Below, one piece after another: positions 39,658 through 48,350 of a stretch of 64,000 nt of DNA. Source of the DNA: a virus (Duplodnaviria > Heunggongvirae > Uroviricota > Caudoviricetes > Schitoviridae); the IMG/VR virus record IMGVR_UViG_2974672398_000001, positions 11,881 through 75,880 of that record; one strand, written 5' to 3'. Within the stretch, counting starts at the first letter, position 1, and every line of letters starts with the position of its first letter. Made by a program: the position numbers and the translations under genes. Under the pieces are notes generated by a model that was not told the DNA's origin, did not search any database, and saw nothing but the letters and a program-made list of their open reading frames with translations.

Positions 39658-39911
39658 TAACCCTCCAACAATTCAAGCATACGTAGATACTCTACAAGCT
39701 CTTCCAAGGTTTTATCCTCTTCTACAAGAGTGTAACCGTCAGGGTCTGCTATGGAGTTGCAGGAGGCTAGTGTAGTTGGAAGCCATATAGCACCCGGGGC
39801 ATTAAGGTTCTTTAAACTAAATACATTAGAGTTCAACCATACAGCCCTATAGGATGTTTCAGTTACGCACAGAAATCTGTCGCTACGACCTTTAATACTG
39901 TATAGGTTCAT
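39657..39911 (-). CDS. Hypothetical protein (84 aa)
   Basis: ORF with C-terminal LELLEG tail. Overlapping stop/start. Confidence 0.35.
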   Translation of the reverse strand: MNLYSIKGRSDRFLCVTETSYRAVWLNSNVFSLKNLNAPGAIWLPTTLASCNSIADPDGYTLVEEDKTLEELVEYLRMLELLEG

Positions 39912-40249
39912 TACTGCTCCAATAGTTTCTCTGTAAGCCGGACGTTAATAGACTCCATTGCCTCAGCATGTTTCAGCTTCAACTCCATAGCCTCTTCTGG
40001 TTCATCCTCTTGAGGATTTACCACATAATCAACTACAAACTGATGTAAAGGCTTAGGGAGTAAATGGTACAGAGTCTGTTTAGTACTAGAGGCTGTTAAT
40101 ACATCAGAGATGTACCAATGGATTAAACCATCTATATTCACAGAACCGAACGTGGTACTAGTGGCTAGTACTTCCATGAGGGTCTGCTTAATGTGATATT
40201 TACTCATAGGCGTCAGAGTATCCGACGGTACGTGTCTATGTTCTCGCAT
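39911..40249 (-). CDS. Hypothetical protein (112 aa)
   Basis: ORF only. Confidence 0.35.
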   Translation of the reverse strand: MREHRHVPSDTLTPMSKYHIKQTLMEVLATSTTFGSVNIDGLIHWYISDVLTASSTKQTLYHLLPKPLHQFVVDYVVNPQEDEPEEAMELKLKHAEAMESINVRLTEKLLEQ

Positions 40250-40265
40250 GGCAGACCCTCCGGTA

Positions 40266-40526
40266 TTAGCCGATCAGTTCTTCAAGAGCAGCCACTTTAC
40301 GCGAAACTGAATCAAGCTTGTTTACACGAACTTCGAAGTCTTCTCGCATTACATCAAGAATCTTAAGCTCAACGCCTAGATCAGCATCTTCGAATTTCAG
40401 AGTTTCGCCACCAGCGCTTACGATTAGTGGTGCATGGCCGTGTACAACGTTTAGGAAGTTCTTAAGACCTTCTACTTCAGTTTCAAGTTTTGCTTTAGAT
40501 GCTAGTAGTTCTTGTAGTTTAGACAT
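40266..40526 (-). CDS. Hypothetical coiled-coil protein (86 aa)
   Basis: ORF only. Confidence 0.35.
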   Translation of the reverse strand: MSKLQELLASKAKLETEVEGLKNFLNVVHGHAPLIVSAGGETLKFEDADLGVELKILDVMREDFEVRVNKLDSVSRKVAALEELIG

Positions 40527-40586
40527 TTAGTGTTTCCTTTTGGTAGTTTAGGCATTAGTGCCTGAATAAAATTAAGTGTTACTGGT

Positions 40587-40772
40587 TTAGCCTTGAGAGC
40601 TACCTTCATAGATAATCTCAAAACCATTGCTATCGATACGTACGTCAGCCTCCTTCGGAGTCTTGAACGAACATACAGTAGCGTTTTCTAGATCAGCGCA
40701 GTATGCAGTAAAGTGGCTACTACAGCCACCAAGCACAAGTGCAGCACCTAGAACGGTAAGTGCTTTTTTCAT
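40587..40772 (-). CDS. Putative lipoprotein (61 aa)
   Basis: Signal peptide plus lipobox MKKALTVLGAALVLGGCSS. Confidence 0.5.
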   Translation of the reverse strand: MKKALTVLGAALVLGGCSSHFTAYCADLENATVCSFKTPKEADVRIDSNGFEIIYEGSSQG

Positions 40773-41347
40773 TAGTTGTACCCCACATCAAATTCTTCGT
40801 ACCCTTCAACAGACTCACCTTTTACCAGCCTGCTGATGGTAGATTGCGGTATGTTAAGCTGCCTAGAAGCTTCACGCTGCGAGACATACTCAACACCATT
40901 AATTATTAATGGCTTACGTAATTTAGTAAGCCGTTTAGAGCAGATTTCTTTCTGACTCCGTTCACGATTTTCTGCCCAAGTTGATAGTTGAATATTGTCT
41001 AGGGAGTATGTGGCAAAGTCGTCTTTACGGTCTACCGAAGGTCGTAGATTACTGTCCCAACCGGACGCTTCCCAAGCTTTATACATGGGTAGGTATCCGG
41101 TATTCGACTCTAGCCACGAAGCAAGCTCCTGTTTTGAATATGTCGGGGGACTGTGTCCCCTGATTTTACAGTTCTGCTTTTGGTGTGAGTAGGTAGAATC
41201 TAACAAACCTTTGTGTGTGCGCTTACGCGCAGAGTCGCAAGCTCGGCAGTAATAATTGTGCCCATCAGGGGCAATGCCTAGCTTGCTATAATCTGCTAAA
41301 GGTTTTAACTGCCCGCAAGAATTACACTCTTTAGTTGTACCCAACAT
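40772..41347 (-). CDS. Zn-ribbon plus C-terminal HTH protein (191 aa)
   Basis: CNSCG...CRAC zinc ribbon. C-terminal helix-turn-helix-like QSTISRLVKG. Ends in EFDVGYN, as the upstream gene does. Confidence 0.35.
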   Translation of the reverse strand: MLGTTKECNSCGQLKPLADYSKLGIAPDGHNYYCRACDSARKRTHKGLLDSTYSHQKQNCKIRGHSPPTYSKQELASWLESNTGYLPMYKAWEASGWDSNLRPSVDRKDDFATYSLDNIQLSTWAENRERSQKEICSKRLTKLRKPLIINGVEYVSQREASRQLNIPQSTISRLVKGESVEGYEEFDVGYN

Positions 41348-42521
41348 CGAACTCTATAATCGTCCCGAATTTAGGTGTGAATCCGTGGCCCGGGAGCTTA
41401 ACCCACACTACAGGGTAGTCAGGTTCTTCAGTAATCTCACGACACTCCAAATCAGAGAAAACGATTAGCACTAGTGGCTTATTCTCTTCTTTATTGTAGT
41501 GATCGAAGATAGGTTCTAAAGCAGTACCTCCACGCCCATGGAACGTCACATCACGTAAGTCTTCACCTTTCGTAAGGTTGTAGATCTTATGGATTGAAGT
41601 ATCACAGTCGACGATAGATAGCTTCTCAGGTTGGTTGTTTTCCATGATGTCGTCCAACTCAGTAATAAATGCTGAGAATTGGTGGTTCGACACAGAACAT
41701 GAAGTATCAACAGCAGCACCAATGTGGCCTAAGCTCTCAGAGAACAAAGACGGCAAGTATAGACCTTGCGATTGGTAACGACGGTTAGGCTTCTTCCACG
41801 AGAAATCTTCCTTATCGAAAGAACTCATGTAGTTCTGTAGGATCACGTTCCACGGCAGTTTAGGATTAGTAAGACGTTCGATAGATACCGCGATATCTCC
41901 GGGGATAGTCCCTGCTTCGCCTTTAATCTTCGCTGCAGTAGATGCTTTAATGATTGCGTCTTCAACTTTACGTTGAACGTCAGCTTCATCTACACCACCT
42001 TTACCGTCACCGTCTTTACCGCCAGACTCACTACCCGCAGGTGCAAAGTCAGGTTGGAAATTAGGATCTTGCTTATCTGGATTCTTCATCAAGTGGTGGA
42101 AGATCTTGTCCGAAGACCATTCTTTCTGGTCTTTGTACTGATGGTCAGCTAGGCCGCCTTGAATCATCTTGTAACCAGCATCGATTAACATGATGTTGAT
42201 GTAATGGTCAGTCGCCTGATTCCACACGTTGAAGTTATCTTTCTTAGTCGAGTTCATTCGCAGCATGTGCTGGAATGCCACGTGCCATGCTTCATGAGCT
42301 AACAAGAAAATGCGCTCATCAGGGCTAAGTGGTTCAAAGAAAGCAGGGTTCACATATAGATTTAGACCATCAGTACACGCAGTTGGACATTCGTCAGTCC
42401 AGTTAAACTTAAGACTGAATAGGATGGTGGAGATAAAGACAGAGCCTTTAACCTGCAACAGACCGATCTTAGCTCGGTCGTACGCTTTCTGTAGTTTTGC
42501 ATCTACTTTTACTGTATTCAT
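41331..42521 (-). CDS. VWA-like/putative metallopeptidase protein (DUF2201-like, MoxR-associated)
   Basis: HExxH motif LLAHEAWHVAFQH. C-terminal VWA-like segment. A MoxR-type ATPase is encoded nearby. Confidence 0.5.
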   Translation of the reverse strand: MNTVKVDAKLQKAYDRAKIGLLQVKGSVFISTILFSLKFNWTDECPTACTDGLNLYVNPAFFEPLSPDERIFLLAHEAWHVAFQHMLRMNSTKKDNFNVWNQATDHYINIMLIDAGYKMIQGGLADHQYKDQKEWSSDKIFHHLMKNPDKQDPNFQPDFAPAGSESGGKDGDGKGGVDEADVQRKVEDAIIKASTAAKIKGEAGTIPGDIAVSIERLTNPKLPWNVILQNYMSSFDKEDFSWKKPNRRYQSQGLYLPSLFSESLGHIGAAVDTSCSVSNHQFSAFITELDDIMENNQPEKLSIVDCDTSIHKIYNLTKGEDLRDVTFHGRGGTALEPIFDHYNKEENKPLVLIVFSDLECREITEEPDYPVVWVKLPGHGFTPKFGTIIEFDVGYN

Positions 42522-42522
42522 T

Positions 42523-42750
42523 TTACTCTTCCAATAGATTTAGTAATTGTTGTTCCTGTTGGAACTGTTCGATTGATTCTGCGTGACAGAGGAAAGGGTA
42601 ATCACCTCTCACATAAGTCGCTTCAGACTCACGAAAGATTTCCAAACTCTTATTCTTTAACCCGAAGAATTGTAGACTCCCATCTGAGAATACGCATTTG
42701 TACGCGTAGTAAGTTTTATTGCCATCGGTTCTGGCGCGTATATCAACCAT
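42523..42750 (-). CDS. Hypothetical protein (75 aa)
   Basis: ORF with C-terminal LLNLLEE tail. Confidence 0.35.
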   Translation of the reverse strand: MVDIRARTDGNKTYYAYKCVFSDGSLQFFGLKNKSLEIFRESEATYVRGDYPFLCHAESIEQFQQEQQLLNLLEE

Positions 42751-43025
42751 TACACCTCCAACAATGAAAGTAACTTCAGTTCGTCAATGACTTCTTCTAG
42801 GTTGCCGTACTTTATTACGTTACCGTCAGAATCCCATGTAACATCCACGCCAAACACACACTCGTCACACTTCTCCAGACAGGTTACAGGCCCGCCCGGT
42901 GCTCGTTGCGTAGCTTTAGGGTTATGGGCACAAACATTACGTTCGCTCACAATATCCGAATCCATGCTTAACAGCATTGGCTTAAGATTTTCAAGGCGCT
43001 TAAGTGTGATTTCGTATTTATTCAT
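42750..43025 (-). CDS. C4 zinc-finger protein (91 aa)
   Basis: CAHNPKA...CLEKCDEC. Confidence 0.35.
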   Translation of the reverse strand: MNKYEITLKRLENLKPMLLSMDSDIVSERNVCAHNPKATQRAPGGPVTCLEKCDECVFGVDVTWDSDGNVIKYGNLEEVIDELKLLSLLEV

Positions 43026-43330
43026 ACTTCCTCCAATAAAGCGTCAAGCTTCTTAATGTTGAATATCCCCATATGCTCTACCAAATGCATTGGCAGATCC
43101 TTACGCGTACGTAACTCCTTTTCCAAAGCAGTAAGTGCCTCGTCCAAGTAAACAGGGTCACTAGTGTGTAGGTCAGGAGCATCTGAGCTGTCAGCCCATT
43201 CAGTGTTAGGATAGCGAGCTTTCCACGCCATACGTAGTGAGTAGAATAGGTGAGTTGTAGACATATGTGATATTCGCTTACCTGCACCCCATTTATTTAA
43301 CCAAAGGAAATTTCCATAACTATCAAGCAT
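43022..43330 (-). CDS. Hypothetical protein (102 aa)
   Basis: ORF only. Confidence 0.35.
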   Translation of the reverse strand: MLDSYGNFLWLNKWGAGKRISHMSTTHLFYSLRMAWKARYPNTEWADSSDAPDLHTSDPVYLDEALTALEKELRTRKDLPMHLVEHMGIFNIKKLDALLEEV

Positions 43331-43679
43331 CGGAATCCTCCAGAATGTCGTGTAGCTTAAGTTCCGCTAACGCATTGTCGATATCTCTATTAACCTTAGA
43401 TCCACTGATCTGACTAAAGAAACATCCACCGCAATCGTTACTCTTGGTTATGTGTCGATATGCGGTAGCCGCAGTTGAATCACCTTTACGGCAAATTGGG
43501 ATGCAGAAATTTAACTGAAAATAATCTGAATCCTCAAGGATTTCTGCATCGCGTTCAAAAGCATTCATGACATACATAAATTCGCGCACAGACTCTAGGG
43601 TCTTAAATACTTTGTTACTCATATTTTTACCTTGTGTTAGAATTACCGATACATAACTATAAGGAGCTATATATGGCAC
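43323..43679 (-). CDS. Cys-rich hypothetical protein; the true start is probably the internal MSNKVF
   Basis: ORF containing CIPICRKG...CGGC. Confidence 0.3.
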   Translation of the reverse strand: MPYIAPYSYVSVILTQGKNMSNKVFKTLESVREFMYVMNAFERDAEILEDSDYFQLNFCIPICRKGDSTAATAYRHITKSNDCGGCFFSQISGSKVNRDIDNALAELKLHDILEDSDA

Positions 43680-44512
43680 ATGTGAAAATTACAGCCGACG
43701 GACTGTATCCGTTAAATAACGACATGAATACCAGTGAATCCACCATCTATGTCGGTGAAATCCCTGCAGGAACTACTATCGCTATTGGTTTTAATGATCC
43801 AGATGGGGATTGGACTCCATTCCCAAATGCAACATTAACTTCCCGCACACCACTATCTATTAGCCACGGTCATGATGTAATGATCATTGCGTTTGCGATA
43901 GATGTGTCCGGTGAAATTAACATTAGTACCAAGAAAGAAGGTCTTGGTGGCCTTGAAGGATTACTTAAAGTAATCGCTGAGAATACTACTTCAACTGAAG
44001 AACCAGAACCCACTTCAAGGGCTGTGCTAGGTGCTTACACCCTGAGTTCCCTTACAGTCAGTGAGAATATATCCTCACCCTCTTACCTTGAAGGTGTTGC
44101 ACTTACTCCGTCTACTACACCTGAGTTCCAGTTGGTAACTGACAGCTCTGGAGGTACTTGGATTAAGAATATCTCTTCTAGAGGAATCTCTATGGTAGGT
44201 GACTCCATTTGGCAAATAGCACAAGGTGCTGGTAACCGAGGAGAGTTTGTATTGTGGTCTGAGACCTCCACCGATGATGGGGAAACATACACTACGAACC
44301 AACTATCTCTACGTAAGAAGGTTATACTCAACCAAACAGCAGATAGCGTTGGCTTTCCCGCAGGTGTAAGTACATGGGCACCCGGCAGTTGTATCCGTTG
44401 GGCCATGTATAATAAACAGTCAGGTAACGTTGAGATTGCAGCACCCTCAGAAGTTATCAATGGTGAAACTGTTGAAGGTGTCTCCGTTTACTGTTACTTA
44501 ACTGAAATCTAG
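43673..44512 (+). CDS. Opposite-strand (moron-like) Ser/Thr-rich protein (~280 aa)
   Basis: Only + strand gene in the leftward module. Strong SD TAAGGAG 7 nt before ATG at 43673 (the track ORF starts earlier at 43634). A candidate -35 TTGTGT lies upstream. Confidence 0.5.
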   Translation: MAHVKITADGLYPLNNDMNTSESTIYVGEIPAGTTIAIGFNDPDGDWTPFPNATLTSRTPLSISHGHDVMIIAFAIDVSGEINISTKKEGLGGLEGLLKVIAENTTSTEEPEPTSRAVLGAYTLSSLTVSENISSPSYLEGVALTPSTTPEFQLVTDSSGGTWIKNISSRGISMVGDSIWQIAQGAGNRGEFVLWSETSTDDGETYTTNQLSLRKKVILNQTADSVGFPAGVSTWAPGSCIRWAMYNKQSGNVEIAAPSEVINGETVEGVSVYCYLTEI

Positions 44513-44513
44513 A

Positions 44514-44990
44514 CTACTTCTTACAGGCAGTAAAATTACCTAGTAACTCTCCATCACGGTCATCGGATAGGTAAGTGTAACGTAAGTTGCAATTTTCTTG
44601 GGCCATCATGTACATTCCCCAGATTTGAGATGCTTTCATATCTTCGGGACTGAAGAAGTCAGCTGTCCGCCCTACGTGCTGTCTGGGGTGGGTATGCATA
44701 TAAGCAACCTCCGAACAGCCTTTCATGTCAGTGGACACTTTAGGGTTCATGTAATTAGATAGTCCTCCAATCTCCATTGAGGAGAAGTAGTAACCATTTT
44801 CACAACGATATACCCAGCCCATGGCCTCTTGTTCCATGGTAAGAGCATTAATCTCTTCCATATGGTATTGGTACCAAGCGATTGCAGCATCATGCTGCTT
44901 TGCATGCGCTACCGGAACAATTTTATACGTTGGCATTGGACCACACCCTACAACACAGGCTGCAGCCAACATAGTAATTAACATTTTCAT
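44514..44990 (-). CDS. Putative lipoprotein (158 aa)
   Basis: MKMLITMLAAACVVGCG signal plus lipobox. Contains an HTHP motif. Convergent with the + strand gene. Confidence 0.45.
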   Translation of the reverse strand: MKMLITMLAAACVVGCGPMPTYKIVPVAHAKQHDAAIAWYQYHMEEINALTMEQEAMGWVYRCENGYYFSSMEIGGLSNYMNPKVSTDMKGCSEVAYMHTHPRQHVGRTADFFSPEDMKASQIWGMYMMAQENCNLRYTYLSDDRDGELLGNFTACKK

Positions 44991-45054
44991 AATTATCCTA
45001 TAAGCGGAAAGACTGTGGTGGCGAGCTCCGCCTCGCCTCCGCAGGCTTGTAGCG

Positions 45055-45318
45055 TTATTCCATTAGCTCCTGCATCTTGATGTAGGCGATAGCTTCAGTA
45101 GCAGTATCAAACCCACCGTGATCAATTAAACCATCGAACTTAGCCATCTTAGCTAGTCCTAGAGGATTTGAAGGGTCATTGACTGTTTCTTCAACGCGTC
45201 TAACTGCATCTGCACGAGCAACCCAAAAACCTAACCCTATTGAGCCTTCGATACACCATACCTTGTGGTATCCGTGGTCAGACTCAGAAGGGTCATACCA
45301 TACTGTGAAATTAGCCAT
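45055..45318 (-). CDS. Hypothetical protein (87 aa)
   Basis: ORF only. Confidence 0.35.
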   Translation of the reverse strand: MANFTVWYDPSESDHGYHKVWCIEGSIGLGFWVARADAVRRVEETVNDPSNPLGLAKMAKFDGLIDHGGFDTATEAIAYIKMQELME

Positions 45319-45325
45319 TATTTAG

Positions 45326-45352
45326 ATTCCATATAAAAAAGCCCATCCTAAG
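45326..45352 (-). terminator. Rho-independent terminator for leftward transcription (GCCCATCC-TTA-GGATGGGC-TTTTTT on the - strand)
   Basis: 8-bp GC stem. An A6 run on the + strand gives a U-run on the - strand transcript. Confidence 0.7.
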
Positions 45353-45378
45353 GATGGGCAATATATAGTTAGTTAAGG

Positions 45379-45591
45379 TTAGTCTTCTTTAGTTTTAGCA
45401 ACGATGTCGATTGACTCGCTGTTAATACCAATAGCTAGTAACAGACCCATCACCACTAACAGGGTTAGTGATACTGGCCACACTACTGCGCCTAGTGCCA
45501 CGTTAGGCCACTTTACCGGATTCTCTGTTGCTGCGCTAAGTGCCCAACAGACTACTGCGTAAATTACAGCTATGATTAAATAAGTACCCAT
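45379..45591 (-). CDS. Small membrane protein (two TM helices, 70 aa)
   Basis: Hydrophobic helices LIIAVIYAVVCWALSAA and VVWPVSLTLLVVMGLLLAIGI. Confidence 0.45.
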   Translation of the reverse strand: MGTYLIIAVIYAVVCWALSAATENPVKWPNVALGAVVWPVSLTLLVVMGLLLAIGINSESIDIVAKTKED

Positions 45592-45593
45592 GA

Positions 45594-45794
45594 CTATTCC
45601 TCGTCTACAAGTTTAGAGATGTTTTTGCCAATGTTGCGAGCTTTAGTGATCTCACACTGACGTGCTTCTACTTCCGTAAGGATCTTATCCGCTTTGGCTG
45701 TAGCTTTTTCGTTCTTCGCTTCCGATTTCTCAACAAACTTCACAGGTTGACGCTGGAACCATGTGATACCAGCTAGTAATGCATTTAAATTCAT
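45594..45794 (-). CDS. Hypothetical small protein (66 aa)
   Basis: ORF only. Confidence 0.3.
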   Translation of the reverse strand: MNLNALLAGITWFQRQPVKFVEKSEAKNEKATAKADKILTEVEARQCEITKARNIGKNISKLVDEE

Positions 45795-45816
45795 AACAGT
45801 TCTCCTATGAATGTGA

Positions 45817-46764
45817 TTACTTAGTAGATGTTACCGGTACACCAAGTGTACTAATATCACCATTAAGGATTGTGTGAGGCATCAAACCTTTAGACTTATC
45901 TGCGAACTTACCTTGCACATCGATACGCTTGTTTTCAAGGATCTGTGGAGTAAGTGACGCTGAAAGAGTTTTGTTAGCATCTGCGATCAGTTTGATAGCT
46001 TCTGCTTCACCAGTTGCACGGTCAATCATCGCCTGCTTAGCGGCAGTAGCTTCTGCATTTACGCGGTACGCATCTGCATCTGCTGCTTCACGTTGACGGT
46101 TACCTTCACCTAGCGCTTCGTTTTGTGCGATAGACGCGTTAGTTGCTGCAATTCGGTCTGCAGACTTACGCTCTTCTTCCGCTTGAATACGCTCTTGAGT
46201 TTTAAGGATCTGTGTCGCGATGCGAGGATCAAACTCAATGTCTTGGATCAACACTTCAGAAATGTTAATACCAGTACCTTGTAACGCTTCAGTCAAACGA
46301 TTGAAAGTGTTTTGCTGCATTGTAGATACGTTATCACTTTGTGCAAGTGAACGGCTATCTTCAAGCTTACGACCTTCATCACGGATGATTGAACGTAGTT
46401 GTTGGCGAAGCGTCTTATCAATGTACTGAGCGGCAGTACCGTAATCAGTCTTGATAGTTGGCGCCAAGTTAGCATCAATGTTGTACATGATGGTTACGTT
46501 TGCAGTCGAGTTAAAACGGTCTTGGGTAGGTAGATTCAGGCCGGTAACTTCATACTTGTCATTACGTACTGAGTAAGTATCGAATGACTTCATAGGGTTA
46601 ACGACATGGAAGCCTGCACGCAGTACTTCAGTTTGATCTACTTTACCCATTAAGCTTTGAACTTTAACATCACCTTCTTGTACGATGGTGAATGAGTTTA
46701 GAGCTACACCTACAGATAATACTGCAGCGACTGAAAGGCCAACAATTTTTAGAGGCATGTTCAT
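45817..46764 (-). CDS. SPFH/Band-7 (HflC/stomatin-like) membrane protein
   Basis: N-terminal signal-anchor. TIVQEGDVKVQSLMGKV...RAGFHVVNPM aligns with the HflC VVKEGERGITLRFGKV...EPGLHFKIPF. An Ala/Glu-rich coiled coil follows. Confidence 0.7.
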   Translation of the reverse strand: MNMPLKIVGLSVAAVLSVGVALNSFTIVQEGDVKVQSLMGKVDQTEVLRAGFHVVNPMKSFDTYSVRNDKYEVTGLNLPTQDRFNSTANVTIMYNIDANLAPTIKTDYGTAAQYIDKTLRQQLRSIIRDEGRKLEDSRSLAQSDNVSTMQQNTFNRLTEALQGTGINISEVLIQDIEFDPRIATQILKTQERIQAEEERKSADRIAATNASIAQNEALGEGNRQREAADADAYRVNAEATAAKQAMIDRATGEAEAIKLIADANKTLSASLTPQILENKRIDVQGKFADKSKGLMPHTILNGDISTLGVPVTSTK

Positions 46765-46790
46765 TTGTTTTGGTTCCTATTTAATGGGGG

Positions 46791-47582
46791 TTATTCTACT
46801 AGCTCACCTTCGATAGCTTCTTTTTCCATTCGTTGTTTGAACGGTAAAGCCATTGAAGGATCAACAGTGTTTAGGGCAGTTACTTTTGTGCTTACATCTT
46901 CCAGCACAACCTTTTGACGCTCGATGAATACATCAAGGCCAGTTTCATCAACTGTAGACGTTAGCTTCAAGCTGTTATCAATCTCTGCATTCAGAGCAAT
47001 AACCGCAACAGCAGTCTCAGCCGACTCTAGACGAGTTTGCTTAACGCTTAGCTCGTTCTCTTTGTTCATTACGTTCTTTTCAAGCACATCAATAGTAGCT
47101 TCGAACGTGCCAAGAGATTCCAGCTGAGCACTCAGACGGATCTTCTTGTTAGAGATTGCGCGTTGTAGGTTTGAACCTTTGATTTCAAGCTCACCGCGAG
47201 TGTTAGCGTCACACGCTTTAGCCCAGTCACCTTCGATTACAGAAAGTTCAGCTTCAAGAGATTGAATCTCGTTACTCAACTTACCTTGGTTGTTACGCAT
47301 CACAGCAAGCTGTGCTTTCTTGTCAAACAGAGTGCTTCGTGCAGAGTCAATCGCTCGACCTTCTGCAGCTAGACCAACAGAGAACTCTTCAAGGCGTTGT
47401 TCCTCTTCAGATTTCTTTGGTTTCATTGCTTCAATGCGACGCGCTTCTGCTTCGTCTTTAAGACGTTGCTTTTCAGCTGCTGCTTTTGCTGCTTCTTCTT
47501 TAGCTAGTGCTTCAGAGTCTGCAATCATTTGTTGCTCAAGTGCGTATGCGGTAGGGCGGAAGATTTGCTTAAAAATGCTCAT
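46791..47582 (-). CDS. PspA/IM30-like coiled-coil protein (putative)
   Basis: N-terminus MSIFKQIF resembles the PspA MGIFSRFA amphipathic helix. Long coiled coil. Adjacent to the SPFH gene. Confidence 0.4.
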   Translation of the reverse strand: MSIFKQIFRPTAYALEQQMIADSEALAKEEAAKAAAEKQRLKDEAEARRIEAMKPKKSEEEQRLEEFSVGLAAEGRAIDSARSTLFDKKAQLAVMRNNQGKLSNEIQSLEAELSVIEGDWAKACDANTRGELEIKGSNLQRAISNKKIRLSAQLESLGTFEATIDVLEKNVMNKENELSVKQTRLESAETAVAVIALNAEIDNSLKLTSTVDETGLDVFIERQKVVLEDVSTKVTALNTVDPSMALPFKQRMEKEAIEGELVE

Positions 47583-47634
47583 GGTACTGTTCCTATTACT
47601 ATTTGATTAAATGAGTTAGATGTTTGGTTGTAGC

Positions 47635-47853
47635 TTATGCTACAGGGATGATTTTAAGAGCACGTTGGCCCTTGTCAGTGTCTTCAAGACCTTCAATTAC
47701 GATCTCTTGACCCGGCTTTAGAAAACGGAAACCTTCTTGTTGAATCACCGATTGGTGTAACAATACATCGTTTTCAATACCTTCTACCTTGGCAAAGCCG
47801 TAGCCACGTGTGCGATTAAACCATTCAACACGGCCATTTAGTTGTTCTGACAT
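47635..47853 (-). CDS. Cold-shock domain protein (CspA-like)
   Basis: GRVEWFNRTRGYGFAKV matches the CSD RNP1-like GxVKWFNxxKGFGFI. Confidence 0.8.
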   Translation of the reverse strand: MSEQLNGRVEWFNRTRGYGFAKVEGIENDVLLHQSVIQQEGFRFLKPGQEIVIEGLEDTDKGQRALKIIPVA

Positions 47854-47864
47854 TTTATTTCCTT

Positions 47865-48341
47865 TTAACTAGAGCAGAAGTCCCCGTGCAGAATTGCACG
47901 CTTCTCGTCTGCCACTGATTTAGCTTCGTCCAGAGTATCGAAGACTCCATAACGGTACTTCTTACCTTGGACCATAAATTCCACCCTGAACTTTCCGTTA
48001 GGTGTGGTTGAGACATTTTTAACCCCTGTCTTCGTTCGGGCCCCGCGATTAAAACCGTTCTGGCTAATGGTAGCTTCTCTTAGATTACTCCACGCATTAT
48101 TAGAACGGTTCTGATCTTTATGGTCGATATTACTTTTGGCCCAGTCTCCGGTCATGTATAACCATGCGAGCTGGTGGCCTTGGTAAATCTTACTATTAAG
48201 CGTTATGTTGACATAGCCTAGCCCATTAACACAGCCTGCTTTAGACCCTACGGATAACCCGTTGCCTGCTTTCTTGGCTCTCGTGAACTCACCAGTCTGA
48301 GGGTCGTATACAAGATATTCTTTGAGTTTGGCTTGGTCCAT
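47865..48341 (-). CDS. HNH homing endonuclease with an AP2 domain
   Basis: IDHKDQNRSNNAWSNLREAT. AP2 FRVEFMVQGKKYRYGVFDTLDEAKSVADEKRAILHGDF. Confidence 0.8.
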   Translation of the reverse strand: MDQAKLKEYLVYDPQTGEFTRAKKAGNGLSVGSKAGCVNGLGYVNITLNSKIYQGHQLAWLYMTGDWAKSNIDHKDQNRSNNAWSNLREATISQNGFNRGARTKTGVKNVSTTPNGKFRVEFMVQGKKYRYGVFDTLDEAKSVADEKRAILHGDFCSS

Positions 48342-48350
48342 TCTCGCTCC

